64,000 nucleotides of DNA from Rhodospirillaceae bacterium (GTDB lineage: Bacteria > Pseudomonadota > Alphaproteobacteria > Rhodospirillales > UBA2165): positions 115,953-179,952 of the forward strand of contig PBNV01000031.1 in the NCBI GenBank assembly GCA_002723345.1. The letters are read 5' to 3'. The notes under the pieces are model-generated. The model saw nothing but the letters and a program-made list of their open reading frames with translations, searched no databases and was not told the origin of the DNA. The translations under genes and the position numbers were made by a program. Position 1 is the stretch's first letter. Every line of letters starts with the position of its first letter. Shown here piece by piece: positions 10,391 through 19,286 of this stretch.

Positions 10391-11083
10391 TTTGAAATAT
10401 AGCAGTTCAAGGGGGAGGCGAGGCAAGCACGAATCCCGAATGTTTGGTTTTGTATCGGGCGGTGCCAGAAATTAGGGTTCAAAAACGAGAGTGTATAACA
10501 AACCTAGAAGAGTACAGCGCCTGACCGCAGTAGTACCAAAGGCTGTTAAACCAAGTTTGAGCCCGTAGTCGCGCCCGAGGGTATGCTATCCGTTCTATAC
10601 GTAGATGACGGAACCTTTCTTGTTTTTCTTAGTTAAAGGTTAGGGCCAATGAGTTCTGTAACAGAAAATTCGCCAGCTAAGGCGAATTCAGGTGATGGTT
10701 TTCCAGACGGCGGTAGATTTGACAACTTAGTTGCGAGGCAAAAAGGGTCCTCGCCATCCCGGTCTCCGATCATCACAGGAGCCACCCGTCCGACTGCGTC
10801 GATGATCGCAACTTGGTTTCACAGATAATTCAACACCTTCAACTATTCGTAAAAATCTGATTTTCCATAAAAGATTGCTAGAAAAAGTATAACGGCAGGG
10901 ACCATGGCCGAGGGCTAACTAGGTGCTAAAAATCAGAAAAGGTCCATCAGAATGATTTTTCAAACCTATCCGCTAATCAAAATTGCTATTACCTTATCCT
11001 GCGATATTCACCGCATATGTTTCGGTTTAATTGGATTTTCCTCGCTGCGACTCTTCAGGATTGCACCTGGGTTAGAGACGTGT

Positions 11084-12010
11084 ATGTTTTCCGCCATGTT
11101 TCAAAGATTTTACTTCGATCATGTGATTATGGAACGCGCGGCTTATCTGCGCCGGCAGGGGGTAGAAACCTTGTCTTCTGAAGTGCAAAACTTTGTCTAT
11201 ATCCCGACCTGGCAGGATAAAAACCTGATCCGCGAGGGGGGTGAGCCCGCTGCAGTCTTTGTGCGCGGCGACGATGCGAGGTGGCTCAAGGAAAACTCGA
11301 CGCTCATGACCTTCCTCGGCATTGAAGGGAGTACAGCGTATTATGGTGCGGATATATCGCACTTGGAAGATCCGGGCCTCGCCGACCTGCCGGATGGGAC
11401 TTTGTTTGAGGACCTACGTAGGTTGGCTACTGCCATTGATAACAAAACTGCCGGTTATTTGGCCTATGCCCGAGCCCTCGCCCATTGGAACAGGAACCAA
11501 CTCTATTGTGGCAGCTGCGGCGCTGTGACTGAGAGCCGGAAAAGCGGACATGAACGGCTTTGTACTAACGATATCTGCGGCCGATCGCATTTTCCACGCA
11601 CAGACCCCGCTGTCATCATGCTTGTCACTCATCCCAACGAAGAAAAATGCTTGCTCGGTCATAACAAACGTTTTGAAGGCCTACGGTTCTCAACGGTCGC
11701 TGGTTTCGTAGAGCCTGGCGAGTCACTAGAGCATGCCGTGGCTCGAGAGGTAAAAGAAGAGACCGGCGTTGATATAACTGATATTACCTATCAGGCATCT
11801 CAGCCCTGGCCTTTTCCCGCGTCCATCATGCTGGGTTTCCGAGCGAAAGGAACCACGACGGTGATAAATTGTATTGACGAAGAGCTCGTAGAAGCGCGAT
11901 GGTTTACCCGTGATGAAGTCCGCGAAATGGGGGGGGCGAGAGATATGTTGCCTCCTGCCCAGTTTTCTATCTCCCGATGGCTCATCGACGCTTGGCTGGA
12001 TGAGGTATGA
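11084..12010 (+). CDS. nudC: NAD(+) diphosphatase (NADH pyrophosphatase) NudC
   Basis: Zinc-ribbon CGSCGAVTESRKSGHERLCTNDICGRSHFPR followed by the Nudix box GFVEPGESLEHAVAREVKEETGV and the motif SQPWPFP. The start is moved to the ATG at 11084 (track start 10952 adds an implausible hydrophobic leader). Confidence 0.8.
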   Translation: MFSAMFQRFYFDHVIMERAAYLRRQGVETLSSEVQNFVYIPTWQDKNLIREGGEPAAVFVRGDDARWLKENSTLMTFLGIEGSTAYYGADISHLEDPGLADLPDGTLFEDLRRLATAIDNKTAGYLAYARALAHWNRNQLYCGSCGAVTESRKSGHERLCTNDICGRSHFPRTDPAVIMLVTHPNEEKCLLGHNKRFEGLRFSTVAGFVEPGESLEHAVAREVKEETGVDITDITYQASQPWPFPASIMLGFRAKGTTTVINCIDEELVEARWFTRDEVREMGGARDMLPPAQFSISRWLIDAWLDEV

Positions 12011-12083
12011 TTTTTGCTGGGCTCGCACGAGGCCTAACACCCAAGGATCCAACTCACAGAAAAAACTAGCTCGTCGGTCGGGC

Positions 12084-13271
12084 TTACCGTCGGAGAAGGG
12101 GCCGTTCATCAATAGGTAAGTGGAGCAGGGCGGCAACAATTCCTAGTCCGATAGAAACCAGCCAAATTGAATCATAAGAACCCGTTTGGTCAAATAAGAT
12201 ACCTCCGATCCAGCTGGAGGTAAACGCGCCCAGCTGGTGGCTTGCGAAGACGATGCCGAATAGTGTTGCTAAGTAACGAATTCCGAAGAACTGCCCAACG
12301 AGTCCGCTCGTTAGAGGCACTGTCGCGAGCCATAGAAACCCGAGGATCCCGGAAAAAATCAACACTGATGTGACAGATATAGGCACAAGGATGAAGGCTG
12401 CGAACAAGATGGCGCGGCCGAAATAAATGCTGCTCAAAAGGTATTTTTTACTCCATTTGTCACCTGCCCAGCCGAAAGAGAATGTGCCGATTAGGTTGGT
12501 AACCCCCACCACCGAGATTGCCGCGCCCGGCAACAAATCCGGCATTTCAAGCGATGTCAGGTAGTTGGGAAAATGACTCATAATAAAGGCCACGTGAAAG
12601 CCGCAAACATAAAATCCAAGGGTAAGGCAGATATAGCCTGAATGCGTCCGCGCCTGATGGAGGGCATCCATCAATTTTTCCGCTCCTGCATTGGATGCAT
12701 TTAGGTCGCTTGCCTTGCCTCTCAGTGCGAGGGCCAACGGCACGATCAGGCCCATTGTTATGCCAAGTAGGATGACCGTCGTGGCCCAACCAAAGTCTGT
12801 GATTAGATTTTGAGATATCGGCGCAATTGTAATCTGGCCCATTGTTGCGACTGCGCTACCTATGCCAAGGAACAGGCTACGCCGTTCTGTTGGCACGTTC
12901 CGCGCGATGACCCCTAAAATAACAGCTAAGGTCGCGCCAGACCCAGCGATCCCAACGATTACGCCTGCGCTAATGTGAATTTCCCAAACGGAGGTGGCAT
13001 TTGCTAGCCACCACATTCCGAGAACGTTTGCGATGCCGGCTAATACGATGGTACGCCCCGAACCGTATTTATCTGCGAGTGCACCGATGTAAGGCTGGGA
13101 CAATCCCCAAAGCAGGTTCTGTATTGCAAGGGTTAACGAAAAAACGCTGAAATCGAGCTGAAAATCCTGGGTTAACGGATTGAGGAACAGCCCGAAGCTC
13201 TGTCGAACGCCCATGGTGATTAGGAGAACAGCGCATCCTGAAACCACAACGAGATAGGCCTTTTTAGACAT
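12084..13271 (-). CDS. MFS transporter (paralog of 2625..3842)
   Basis: Contains QNLLWGLSQPYIGALADKYGSGR and has the same architecture as the gene at 2.6 kb. The start is at the ATG at 13271 (MSKKAYLVVV), preceded by GGAGAA. Confidence 0.8.
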   Translation of the reverse strand: MSKKAYLVVVSGCAVLLITMGVRQSFGLFLNPLTQDFQLDFSVFSLTLAIQNLLWGLSQPYIGALADKYGSGRTIVLAGIANVLGMWWLANATSVWEIHISAGVIVGIAGSGATLAVILGVIARNVPTERRSLFLGIGSAVATMGQITIAPISQNLITDFGWATTVILLGITMGLIVPLALALRGKASDLNASNAGAEKLMDALHQARTHSGYICLTLGFYVCGFHVAFIMSHFPNYLTSLEMPDLLPGAAISVVGVTNLIGTFSFGWAGDKWSKKYLLSSIYFGRAILFAAFILVPISVTSVLIFSGILGFLWLATVPLTSGLVGQFFGIRYLATLFGIVFASHQLGAFTSSWIGGILFDQTGSYDSIWLVSIGLGIVAALLHLPIDERPLLRR

Positions 13272-13693
13272 ATAATTCTCCACGGAGACGGCGAGCGTGT
13301 ATAGACCTCCCCGCAAAGGAGCGCAAACGCCCATTTAAGTTTTATATCTTGGGTCGATGCAAGGGCATCATGGAAAGCGGTAGCGCGCTCAATCGAAACT
13401 TTATGCGACTGTCTTAATCTTTAGTTTAATCCTACCCTTCAAAATTATGAAAAGTTCAGGAGAGCTCTTAGAAAACGATCTTTTCATTATTGGCAGAAGA
13501 TATCGAGAATAAAAAGTGGTCGAAATAACCTGCGAGTAAGAGCAGAAAAATTACAAGTCTCAGCCACCTCTGGCCGAAAGCCAACGTAATTTTTTTGGGA
13601 GAGTAATCCAAAGCATTAAATCTTTACACAATTACTAATTGCATTTTACATTTGTGTATTTCGTAATTTGAACTCAACCTGTTAGGATCAGCA

Positions 13694-14665
13694 TTGGAAA
13701 ATAGCCAAGTAAAAGCCGAGCAAGGACTTTTGTTCGACTCTGTTGTCGCGCCTATGACTGTCACGGATTTTTTCAAAGAATATTTCCGGAATAAACCAGT
13801 CGTAATAAAGGGCGCAGATAATAAATTTTCTGATGTTATGAATTGGAAATTATTATCAGACATACTGAATCAGTCCGCTATTTGGTCGCCGCACTCTTTA
13901 AACCTGTATTCCAATACGAGAGCAATCTCTGCAGATCAATTCAGTTATCCATCACTTACGCGTGAGGGAAACGAGGGGCGGTTGATTAACTTCGATCAGG
14001 TCGCGGAACACGTAAAAAATGGCGCCTCTCTCGTTCTTAACGACATAGAAACACTTAACCCAGGGCTTAAATCAGTAGCTCACGCTATTGAGAGTACTTT
14101 CGTAGGTAAAGTGCAGGCAAACCTTTACTGTTCTCGGAGTGAAAACCAGGCGTTACCCGTCCATTTTGACACACACGACGTGTTCGCATTTCAAGTAGAG
14201 GGATCAAAACAGTGGCGCGTTTATGGCACATCAGTTCAAAAGCCAATCAATCATCATTTTTTTAAGTCAATAGATCAAAGTTTTCATGAGGCCAACAAAG
14301 GTGAGTTGTCCATAGACGAGGAATTAACTTCAGGCGATTTTATATACATTCCAAGAGGATTTTATCACGAAGCAATGTGCCATTCTGAGAGTACTGTGCA
14401 TGTTAGTTATAGTTGTGTGCCTATAATAGGGATTGATCTTTTAACGGCTTTTTTCGATGTGGCGGTAAAGGATGAGCTGTTCAGAGATGCTATTCCTAAT
14501 CCAGATGAGAAATCTGGTAAAAAGTTGGAGGAACACATTACTCGGTTAGTCGGACGAATGAGAAATAACGTGCTAAGTCCTGAATTTCAGGAACCGTTTA
14601 AGGAGGCCTTAAACAATTATAAGTTTGATAGGTTTAGCGTTAAGTTGCCCGATGATTTTGTTTAG
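13694..14665 (+). CDS. JmjC / cupin-4 family 2-oxoglutarate-Fe(II) oxygenase-like protein
   Basis: 323 aa with an HxD...H candidate metal triad in PVHFDTHDVFAFQVEGSKQWRVY and STVHVSY, plus FIYIPRGFYHEA. This resembles bacterial ribosomal-protein hydroxylases (YcfD/RoxA type). TTG start is uncertain (alternative ATG at 13754). The gene is AT-rich. Confidence 0.6.
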   Translation: MENSQVKAEQGLLFDSVVAPMTVTDFFKEYFRNKPVVIKGADNKFSDVMNWKLLSDILNQSAIWSPHSLNLYSNTRAISADQFSYPSLTREGNEGRLINFDQVAEHVKNGASLVLNDIETLNPGLKSVAHAIESTFVGKVQANLYCSRSENQALPVHFDTHDVFAFQVEGSKQWRVYGTSVQKPINHHFFKSIDQSFHEANKGELSIDEELTSGDFIYIPRGFYHEAMCHSESTVHVSYSCVPIIGIDLLTAFFDVAVKDELFRDAIPNPDEKSGKKLEEHITRLVGRMRNNVLSPEFQEPFKEALNNYKFDRFSVKLPDDFV

Positions 14666-14925
14666 TCGCCAATTTTATTAGGTGGTTTTTCTTATTTCAT
14701 TCTCGCGGGCGAGTAAGGAGTAACGACGCATAGTTATACTGCAACCACTCTATTTAGACCAGAAATTGTAGCTACACGCTCTCTCCTTCAGACAAATTTT
14801 GGTTCCCTGTGATTCAGAAATATTATCCTGATGGCTTTATCGCAAAACTTGTCTCATATAACCTACATCAAAGATCCAGGATTCTAACTGACTGCACGAT
14901 TTAAAATAGTTTGTGAGGATGTTTA

Positions 14926-15633
14926 ATGAATAAAATTTATGCCGATGCGCAAGCGGCACTCGAAGGACTGATGTACGATGGCATGACGGTTATGGCAGGT
15001 GGGTTTGGCCTTTGCGGAATTCCAGAACACCTGATCCTTGCTATGCGAGATTCTGGCATCGGTAACCTTACCGTTGTTTCGAACAACGCTGGTGTTGATG
15101 ATGCCGGACTTGGTCTACTTCTAAAGACTAGGCAAATTAAAAAAATGATCTCCTCTTATGTGGGCGAAAATAAAACCTTTGAACAGCAATACCTTGACGG
15201 CGAATTGGAGCTGGAGTTCAATCCGCAAGGTACCCTTGCAGAACGTATTCGTGCTGGCGGGGCCGGCATACCAGCGTTTTTCACAAAAACAGGTTTTGGC
15301 ACACAAATCGCTGATGGCAAGGAAACCCGGGCATTTGATGGAGAAAACTACGTGATGGAGACGGGTCTCGTTGCTGACGTTGCTATTGTGAAAGCAGATG
15401 TGGGTGACTCGGAGGGAAATTTGATTTTCCGAAAAACGGCGCGCAATTTTAACTCTATCATGGCCACCGCAGGGAAGGTGACAATCGCTGAAGTGGAGAA
15501 CCTGGTAGAACCGGGTGAGTTGGATAAGGACAAAATTCATACGCCAGGCATATTTGTGCAGCGCATTATCAAAGGCACGAGCTTTGAAAATCGCATCGAA
15601 CAATTGACGACCCGTGAACGGGATGTGGCATAA
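14926..15633 (+). CDS. scoA: 3-oxoacid CoA-transferase subunit A
   Basis: 235 aa with GGFGLCGIPE, VSNNAG, and ELEFNPQGTLAERIRAGGAGIPAFFT, which are canonical family I CoA-transferase A subunit motifs. Confidence 0.9.
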   Translation: MNKIYADAQAALEGLMYDGMTVMAGGFGLCGIPEHLILAMRDSGIGNLTVVSNNAGVDDAGLGLLLKTRQIKKMISSYVGENKTFEQQYLDGELELEFNPQGTLAERIRAGGAGIPAFFTKTGFGTQIADGKETRAFDGENYVMETGLVADVAIVKADVGDSEGNLIFRKTARNFNSIMATAGKVTIAEVENLVEPGELDKDKIHTPGIFVQRIIKGTSFENRIEQLTTRERDVA

Positions 15634-15645
15634 GGGAGAAGAGAC

Positions 15646-16296
15646 ATGGCTTGGTCACGCAATGACATGGCAGCCCGTGCTGCCAAGGAACTCCAGGATG
15701 GGTTTTATGTAAACCTCGGCATCGGTATTCCGACCTTGGTGTCGAACTATATTCCAGATGGCGTTTCCGTCTCCCTACAAAGTGAGAACGGGATGTTGGG
15801 CATCGGTCCCTTTCCCTATGCGGGGGATGAAGACCCGGACCTTATTAATGCCGGGAAGCAAACAGTAACAGAGCTGGATCAGACATCCTACTTCGACAGC
15901 GCCACGAGTTTCGGCATGATAAGAGGGGGACACGTCGATCTGGCAATATTGGGCGCCATGCAGGTAGCGGAAAATGGTGATCTCGCGAATTGGATGATAC
16001 CGGGTAAGCTCGTAAAGGGTATGGGCGGTGCCATGGACTTGGTCGCTGGCGTTAAACGTGTAGTTGTTATAATGGACCAGAACGCTAAAGATGGCAGCCC
16101 AAAATTTCTCAAAGAATGCAACTTGCCCCTTACCGGCACTCAGGTGGTAGATATGCTAATCACCGACCTCGGGGTCTATGAGATTGACCGAAAGTCGGGT
16201 CGGGCAACCCTGATCGAATTGGCGAAGGACGTGACCCTCGATGAAGTGCGGGAAAAGACGGAGGCTTCTTTTAATGTCACTCCCGGGCTGGCATAG
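15646..16296 (+). CDS. scoB: 3-oxoacid CoA-transferase subunit B
   Basis: 216 aa with [19 protein letters not shown] (catalytic Glu motif), and GMGGAMDLV. Confidence 0.9.
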   Translation: MAWSRNDMAARAAKELQDGFYVNLGIGIPTLVSNYIPDGVSVSLQSENGMLGIGPFPYAGDEDPDLINAGKQTVTELDQTSYFDSATSFGMIRGGHVDLAILGAMQVAENGDLANWMIPGKLVKGMGGAMDLVAGVKRVVVIMDQNAKDGSPKFLKECNLPLTGTQVVDMLITDLGVYEIDRKSGRATLIELAKDVTLDEVREKTEASFNVTPGLA

Positions 16297-16408
16297 GGGC
16301 CGATTGATTTCCGCTTCTGACTATACCGGCACGCACTCTAGCGCATTCGGGTTTTGGTGGCAGGCGTGCAGTGCTTCCACCCTGTGAGGGGCTCCTTCAT
16401 AAAATCAC

Positions 16409-17341
16409 ATGACTTTCTTGCCTTCCTGGTGGCGCCAAGCGCCGGGTGCTTTCAGGGGTGCTACCTGGATCATTCTGGCAAGCGCATGTTTCGCTCTCAT
16501 GAGCGTTACCATCCGTCTCGCTGCGCGCGACGTGGACCCTTTGGAGGTGGTGTTCTTCCGCAATGTCTTCAACCTCCTATTTATGACGCCGTGGTTTATG
16601 AAAATAGGGTTTGCGGGGCTTAGAACGGACCGGTTTGGTCTCCATTGTTTTCGGACGGCTTCTAGCCTGACTTCCATGTTCTTATGGTTTACCGCGCTGA
16701 CTTTGTTGCCGCTGGCTGAAGCAACATCCCTCAGTTTCACGGCACCTCTTTTCGCCACTGTTGGCGCGGCTATATTTTTGGCTGAGGATGTGAGATTGCG
16801 GCGTTGGCTTGCTGTAGTGCTTGGCTTTGTCGGTACCCTGATTATTCTCCGGCCGGGCCTCGAAGTAGTGACGCCTGGTGCACTTTTAATGCTTGCCGGG
16901 TCAGTGTTTGTGGCGACGTCCATTCTTCTCGTGAAGGTTTTGAGCCGGACGGAATCTCCTAACACTATGGTTCTCATGGTGGCGTTGATCGCTACACCCA
17001 TCTCTGCCATCCCTCTGTTCTGGGTATGGGAAATGCCGCAAGGGATTACTTGGGTCTGGCTCGCCTGTGTCGGTGCAGCTGCAACAGGTGGACACTTATG
17101 TTTTAATCGGGCCATGGTGAGTGCAGATGCTTCCGCAGTTCTTCCTTATGAGTACACGCGTCTGATCTTCGTTGCGCTCATGGGCTTCTTTCTTTTCAGC
17201 GAAGTGCCGGATGCTTGGACCTGGGTGGGCAGTCTCGTGATTTTCGGCGCAGGTATATACATCGCCAACCGGGAAATTGCCGCGCGCAAAGCGGGGAGAA
17301 AAACGCGCAGCACTGCTGCGAAGATAAGGCGAGACGGCTGA
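16409..17341 (+). CDS. DMT-superfamily (EamA-like) transporter
   Basis: 310 aa with about 10 hydrophobic segments in two repeated halves and a basic C-terminal tail. Confidence 0.75.
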   Translation: MTFLPSWWRQAPGAFRGATWIILASACFALMSVTIRLAARDVDPLEVVFFRNVFNLLFMTPWFMKIGFAGLRTDRFGLHCFRTASSLTSMFLWFTALTLLPLAEATSLSFTAPLFATVGAAIFLAEDVRLRRWLAVVLGFVGTLIILRPGLEVVTPGALLMLAGSVFVATSILLVKVLSRTESPNTMVLMVALIATPISAIPLFWVWEMPQGITWVWLACVGAAATGGHLCFNRAMVSADASAVLPYEYTRLIFVALMGFFLFSEVPDAWTWVGSLVIFGAGIYIANREIAARKAGRKTRSTAAKIRRDG

Positions 17342-17846
17342 GGTGAGTAGACTTTGTGACGCCGCCCCGTTTCCCAGTCCGTGATGATCCGACCATAGGT
17401 CCGTCAGATTTCACCCTTGAAGCCTGGGTTTTTTCTGGGAGGTCGCCTAAGTAATAGGCTTGCGCGTAAAGTTTGACCAAAAACGTGTGCTTCAGTTTCG
17501 GCAGTTCTTCTAAAACACGGTCGTGTCCGGCGGGGACGCGTTTCGGCCGGGGCGGTTTGTTGCCGCCCCTTGCTAGACGCCCGGGACAGCAAAACCCCAT
17601 CGGCATGATGGCGATCCGGTATGCATCGTAAAATATATTTCCATTCATCAGAGTCCAATCCAGTAGCCGCTCGCCCGAGGGGTCATTCCAGGCAATACCG
17701 GTCTCGTGAACTTTGATGCCGGGCACGTAGCTGTTGATGATGTGGGCGCCTGGATGCATCGATATTGCAAGGCGCGGGCCCAGGGGAAGGTCCTTTTCAT
17801 GAAGAGTGCAGGCACGCACCTCTTTTAACAAAGCGGCAAACCCCAT
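17196..17846 (-). pseudogene. Uracil-DNA glycosylase-family gene, apparently divergent and 3'-truncated
   Basis: The N-terminal two thirds match the alphaproteobacterial UDG-family pattern (CTLHEKDLPLGPR...PGIKVHETGIAWNDPSGERL...FYD...IAIMPMGFCCPG...PPRP...YAQ). Several normally conserved residues are replaced. No PLPHPSxRN-type C-terminal motif is found in any frame. The last 146 nt of the ORF are antisense to the DMT gene. Confidence 0.4.
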
Positions 17847-17849
17847 GCG

Positions 17850-18584
17850 CTAAATGCCGATCTCCAGAATTTCATCCACAAAACTGGGGATAAGCTCTGT
17901 CGCTGGTCCATAACGGCTTTCGTCAAAAAACGTCGCTCCCGCGGACGGCTCCAGGTTCAGCTCAATGGTGCGCGCACCGACCGCGCGGGCATCTTGTACA
18001 AAGCCCGCTGCAGGATAAACATTCCCGGATGTTCCAATGGATATAAACAGTGCACAGTGCTGCAGACGCTGCTGAATTTCTTCCATAAAAAGGGGCATTT
18101 CACCAAACCAGACGACATGTGGTCGGAGGCTACCGGCACTGGAACATCGCGGACAAGCCTCCCCCTGGCCGAGATCATGTGACCAGGGTGATGTCCCCTG
18201 GCAGGACAGGCAGCGGGCTTTCAACAATTCGCCATGCATGTGCAAAATCGTCTTTGAGCCCCCCGCTTCATGCAGGCTGTCGATGTTTTGAGTCACGATC
18301 GTTACAGTGCCTCCTCCCCGCGCGGGCCATTCCTCCTCCAATCTGGCGAGCGCTCTGTGCGCCGCGTTAGGCTCAACATTGCTTGTTACCAGTTGCCGCC
18401 GCCGGGCATTGTAGAAATCGTGCACCCGGGACCGGTTCTGCGCGAAGGCCTCCGGAGTGGCTACATCCTCGAGGCGTACCTGAGACCAGATCCCGTTAGC
18501 ATCCCGAAATGTGTCAAGGCCGGACTCCTTGGAGATGCCGGCGCCTGTCAAAATGACGATCTCTTGGTTGCTAGAAATTGCCAT
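17850..18584 (-). CDS. cobB: NAD-dependent protein deacylase, Sir2 family (CobB)
   Basis: Contains ILTGAGISKESGLDTFRDANGIW, QNIDSLHE, and the zinc ribbon CLSC...CPRC. The start is moved to the ATG at 18584 (MAISSNQEIVILTGAG). Confidence 0.85.
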   Translation of the reverse strand: MAISSNQEIVILTGAGISKESGLDTFRDANGIWSQVRLEDVATPEAFAQNRSRVHDFYNARRRQLVTSNVEPNAAHRALARLEEEWPARGGGTVTIVTQNIDSLHEAGGSKTILHMHGELLKARCLSCQGTSPWSHDLGQGEACPRCSSAGSLRPHVVWFGEMPLFMEEIQQRLQHCALFISIGTSGNVYPAAGFVQDARAVGARTIELNLEPSAGATFFDESRYGPATELIPSFVDEILEIGI

Positions 18585-18612
18585 GATAAAGAAGGCTAGA
18601 CAGGAGATTGAT

Positions 18613-19086
18613 TTGGTCAAGGTTCTTTTCGTTTGTACCGGTAACATCTGCCGTTCTCCCACGGCTGAGGGAGTGTTCGATAAGCTCGTGAAGGAGGCCG
18701 GCCTGGCTGACGATGTTCACATCGAGTCCGCTGGAACCACTGCCTACCACGTGGGGGAGCCGCCCGACAGACGATCACAGGCGGCCGCGCGACAGCGCGG
18801 CATTGACCTCAGCCAGCAGCGTGCCCGACAGGTCAATGAGGCTGATTTACGGACTTTCGATTATATTCTCGCCATGGATGAGGACCATTTAAACGATCTC
18901 GCCCGCATAGCCCGGACGACCCCTGGCACCCGCCTCTCGCGTTTTCTGGATTTTGCCCCCAACCGGCCAGAGCAGGACGTTCCAGACCCGTATTACGGCG
19001 GTCCGAATGGCTTTGAAAATGTGCTCGATATGATCGAGGACGCGGCACGGGGTCTGTTAGCAGACATACGCGCCAACCATCTTTAG
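18613..19086 (+). CDS. Low-molecular-weight protein-tyrosine phosphatase
   Basis: P-loop VLFVCTGNICRSPTAEG and DPYYG. I place the start at the TTG at 18613, because AGGAG lies 6 nt upstream (18602..18606). The track start at 18511 would overlap cobB. Confidence 0.85.
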   Translation: MVKVLFVCTGNICRSPTAEGVFDKLVKEAGLADDVHIESAGTTAYHVGEPPDRRSQAAARQRGIDLSQQRARQVNEADLRTFDYILAMDEDHLNDLARIARTTPGTRLSRFLDFAPNRPEQDVPDPYYGGPNGFENVLDMIEDAARGLLADIRANHL

Positions 19087-19107
19087 GGCCGTTGTTGGCC
19101 CGTTTTT
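19086..19107 (+). terminator. Putative rho-independent terminator after the phosphatase gene
   Basis: GGGCC-GTTGTT-GGCCC stem-loop followed by GTTTTT. Confidence 0.45.
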
Positions 19108-19286
19108 GATAGGTTATTTGTGCTGATCTTTATCAGGCCGTTTCCAGGCGGGTGATAGGCGGCAACAGAGTTAGAGGTGGAGCCAACCTGCCTGCTCAGA
19201 CGGTGCAAACAATGTTGCAAGAGTGTTCGGAGTGGGAGCTATAACTCGACAATCAGCCTCATCCTTATCAGTGCATCCAAGAAAGC

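Noticed and set aside
10709-10720. ops-like 12-mer GGCGGTAGATTT in the ffs-nudC spacer (perfect GGCGGTAG core, last base mismatched).
   Set aside because: There is no NusG paralog or long operon nearby, and the downstream gene is nudC. It is most likely chance.
10649-10828. 59-aa ORF in the ffs-nudC spacer.
   Set aside because: It has only a weak AAGG-type ribosome-binding site, a low-complexity sequence and no recognisable family. It is kept as a note inside a finding, not as a feature.
18511-18612. Long start of the phosphatase ORF and the apparent CATG overlap of divergent cobB and ptp start codons.
   Set aside because: A TTG at 18613 with an AGGAG Shine-Dalgarno 6 nt upstream gives a standard-length LMW-PTP and removes the overlap.
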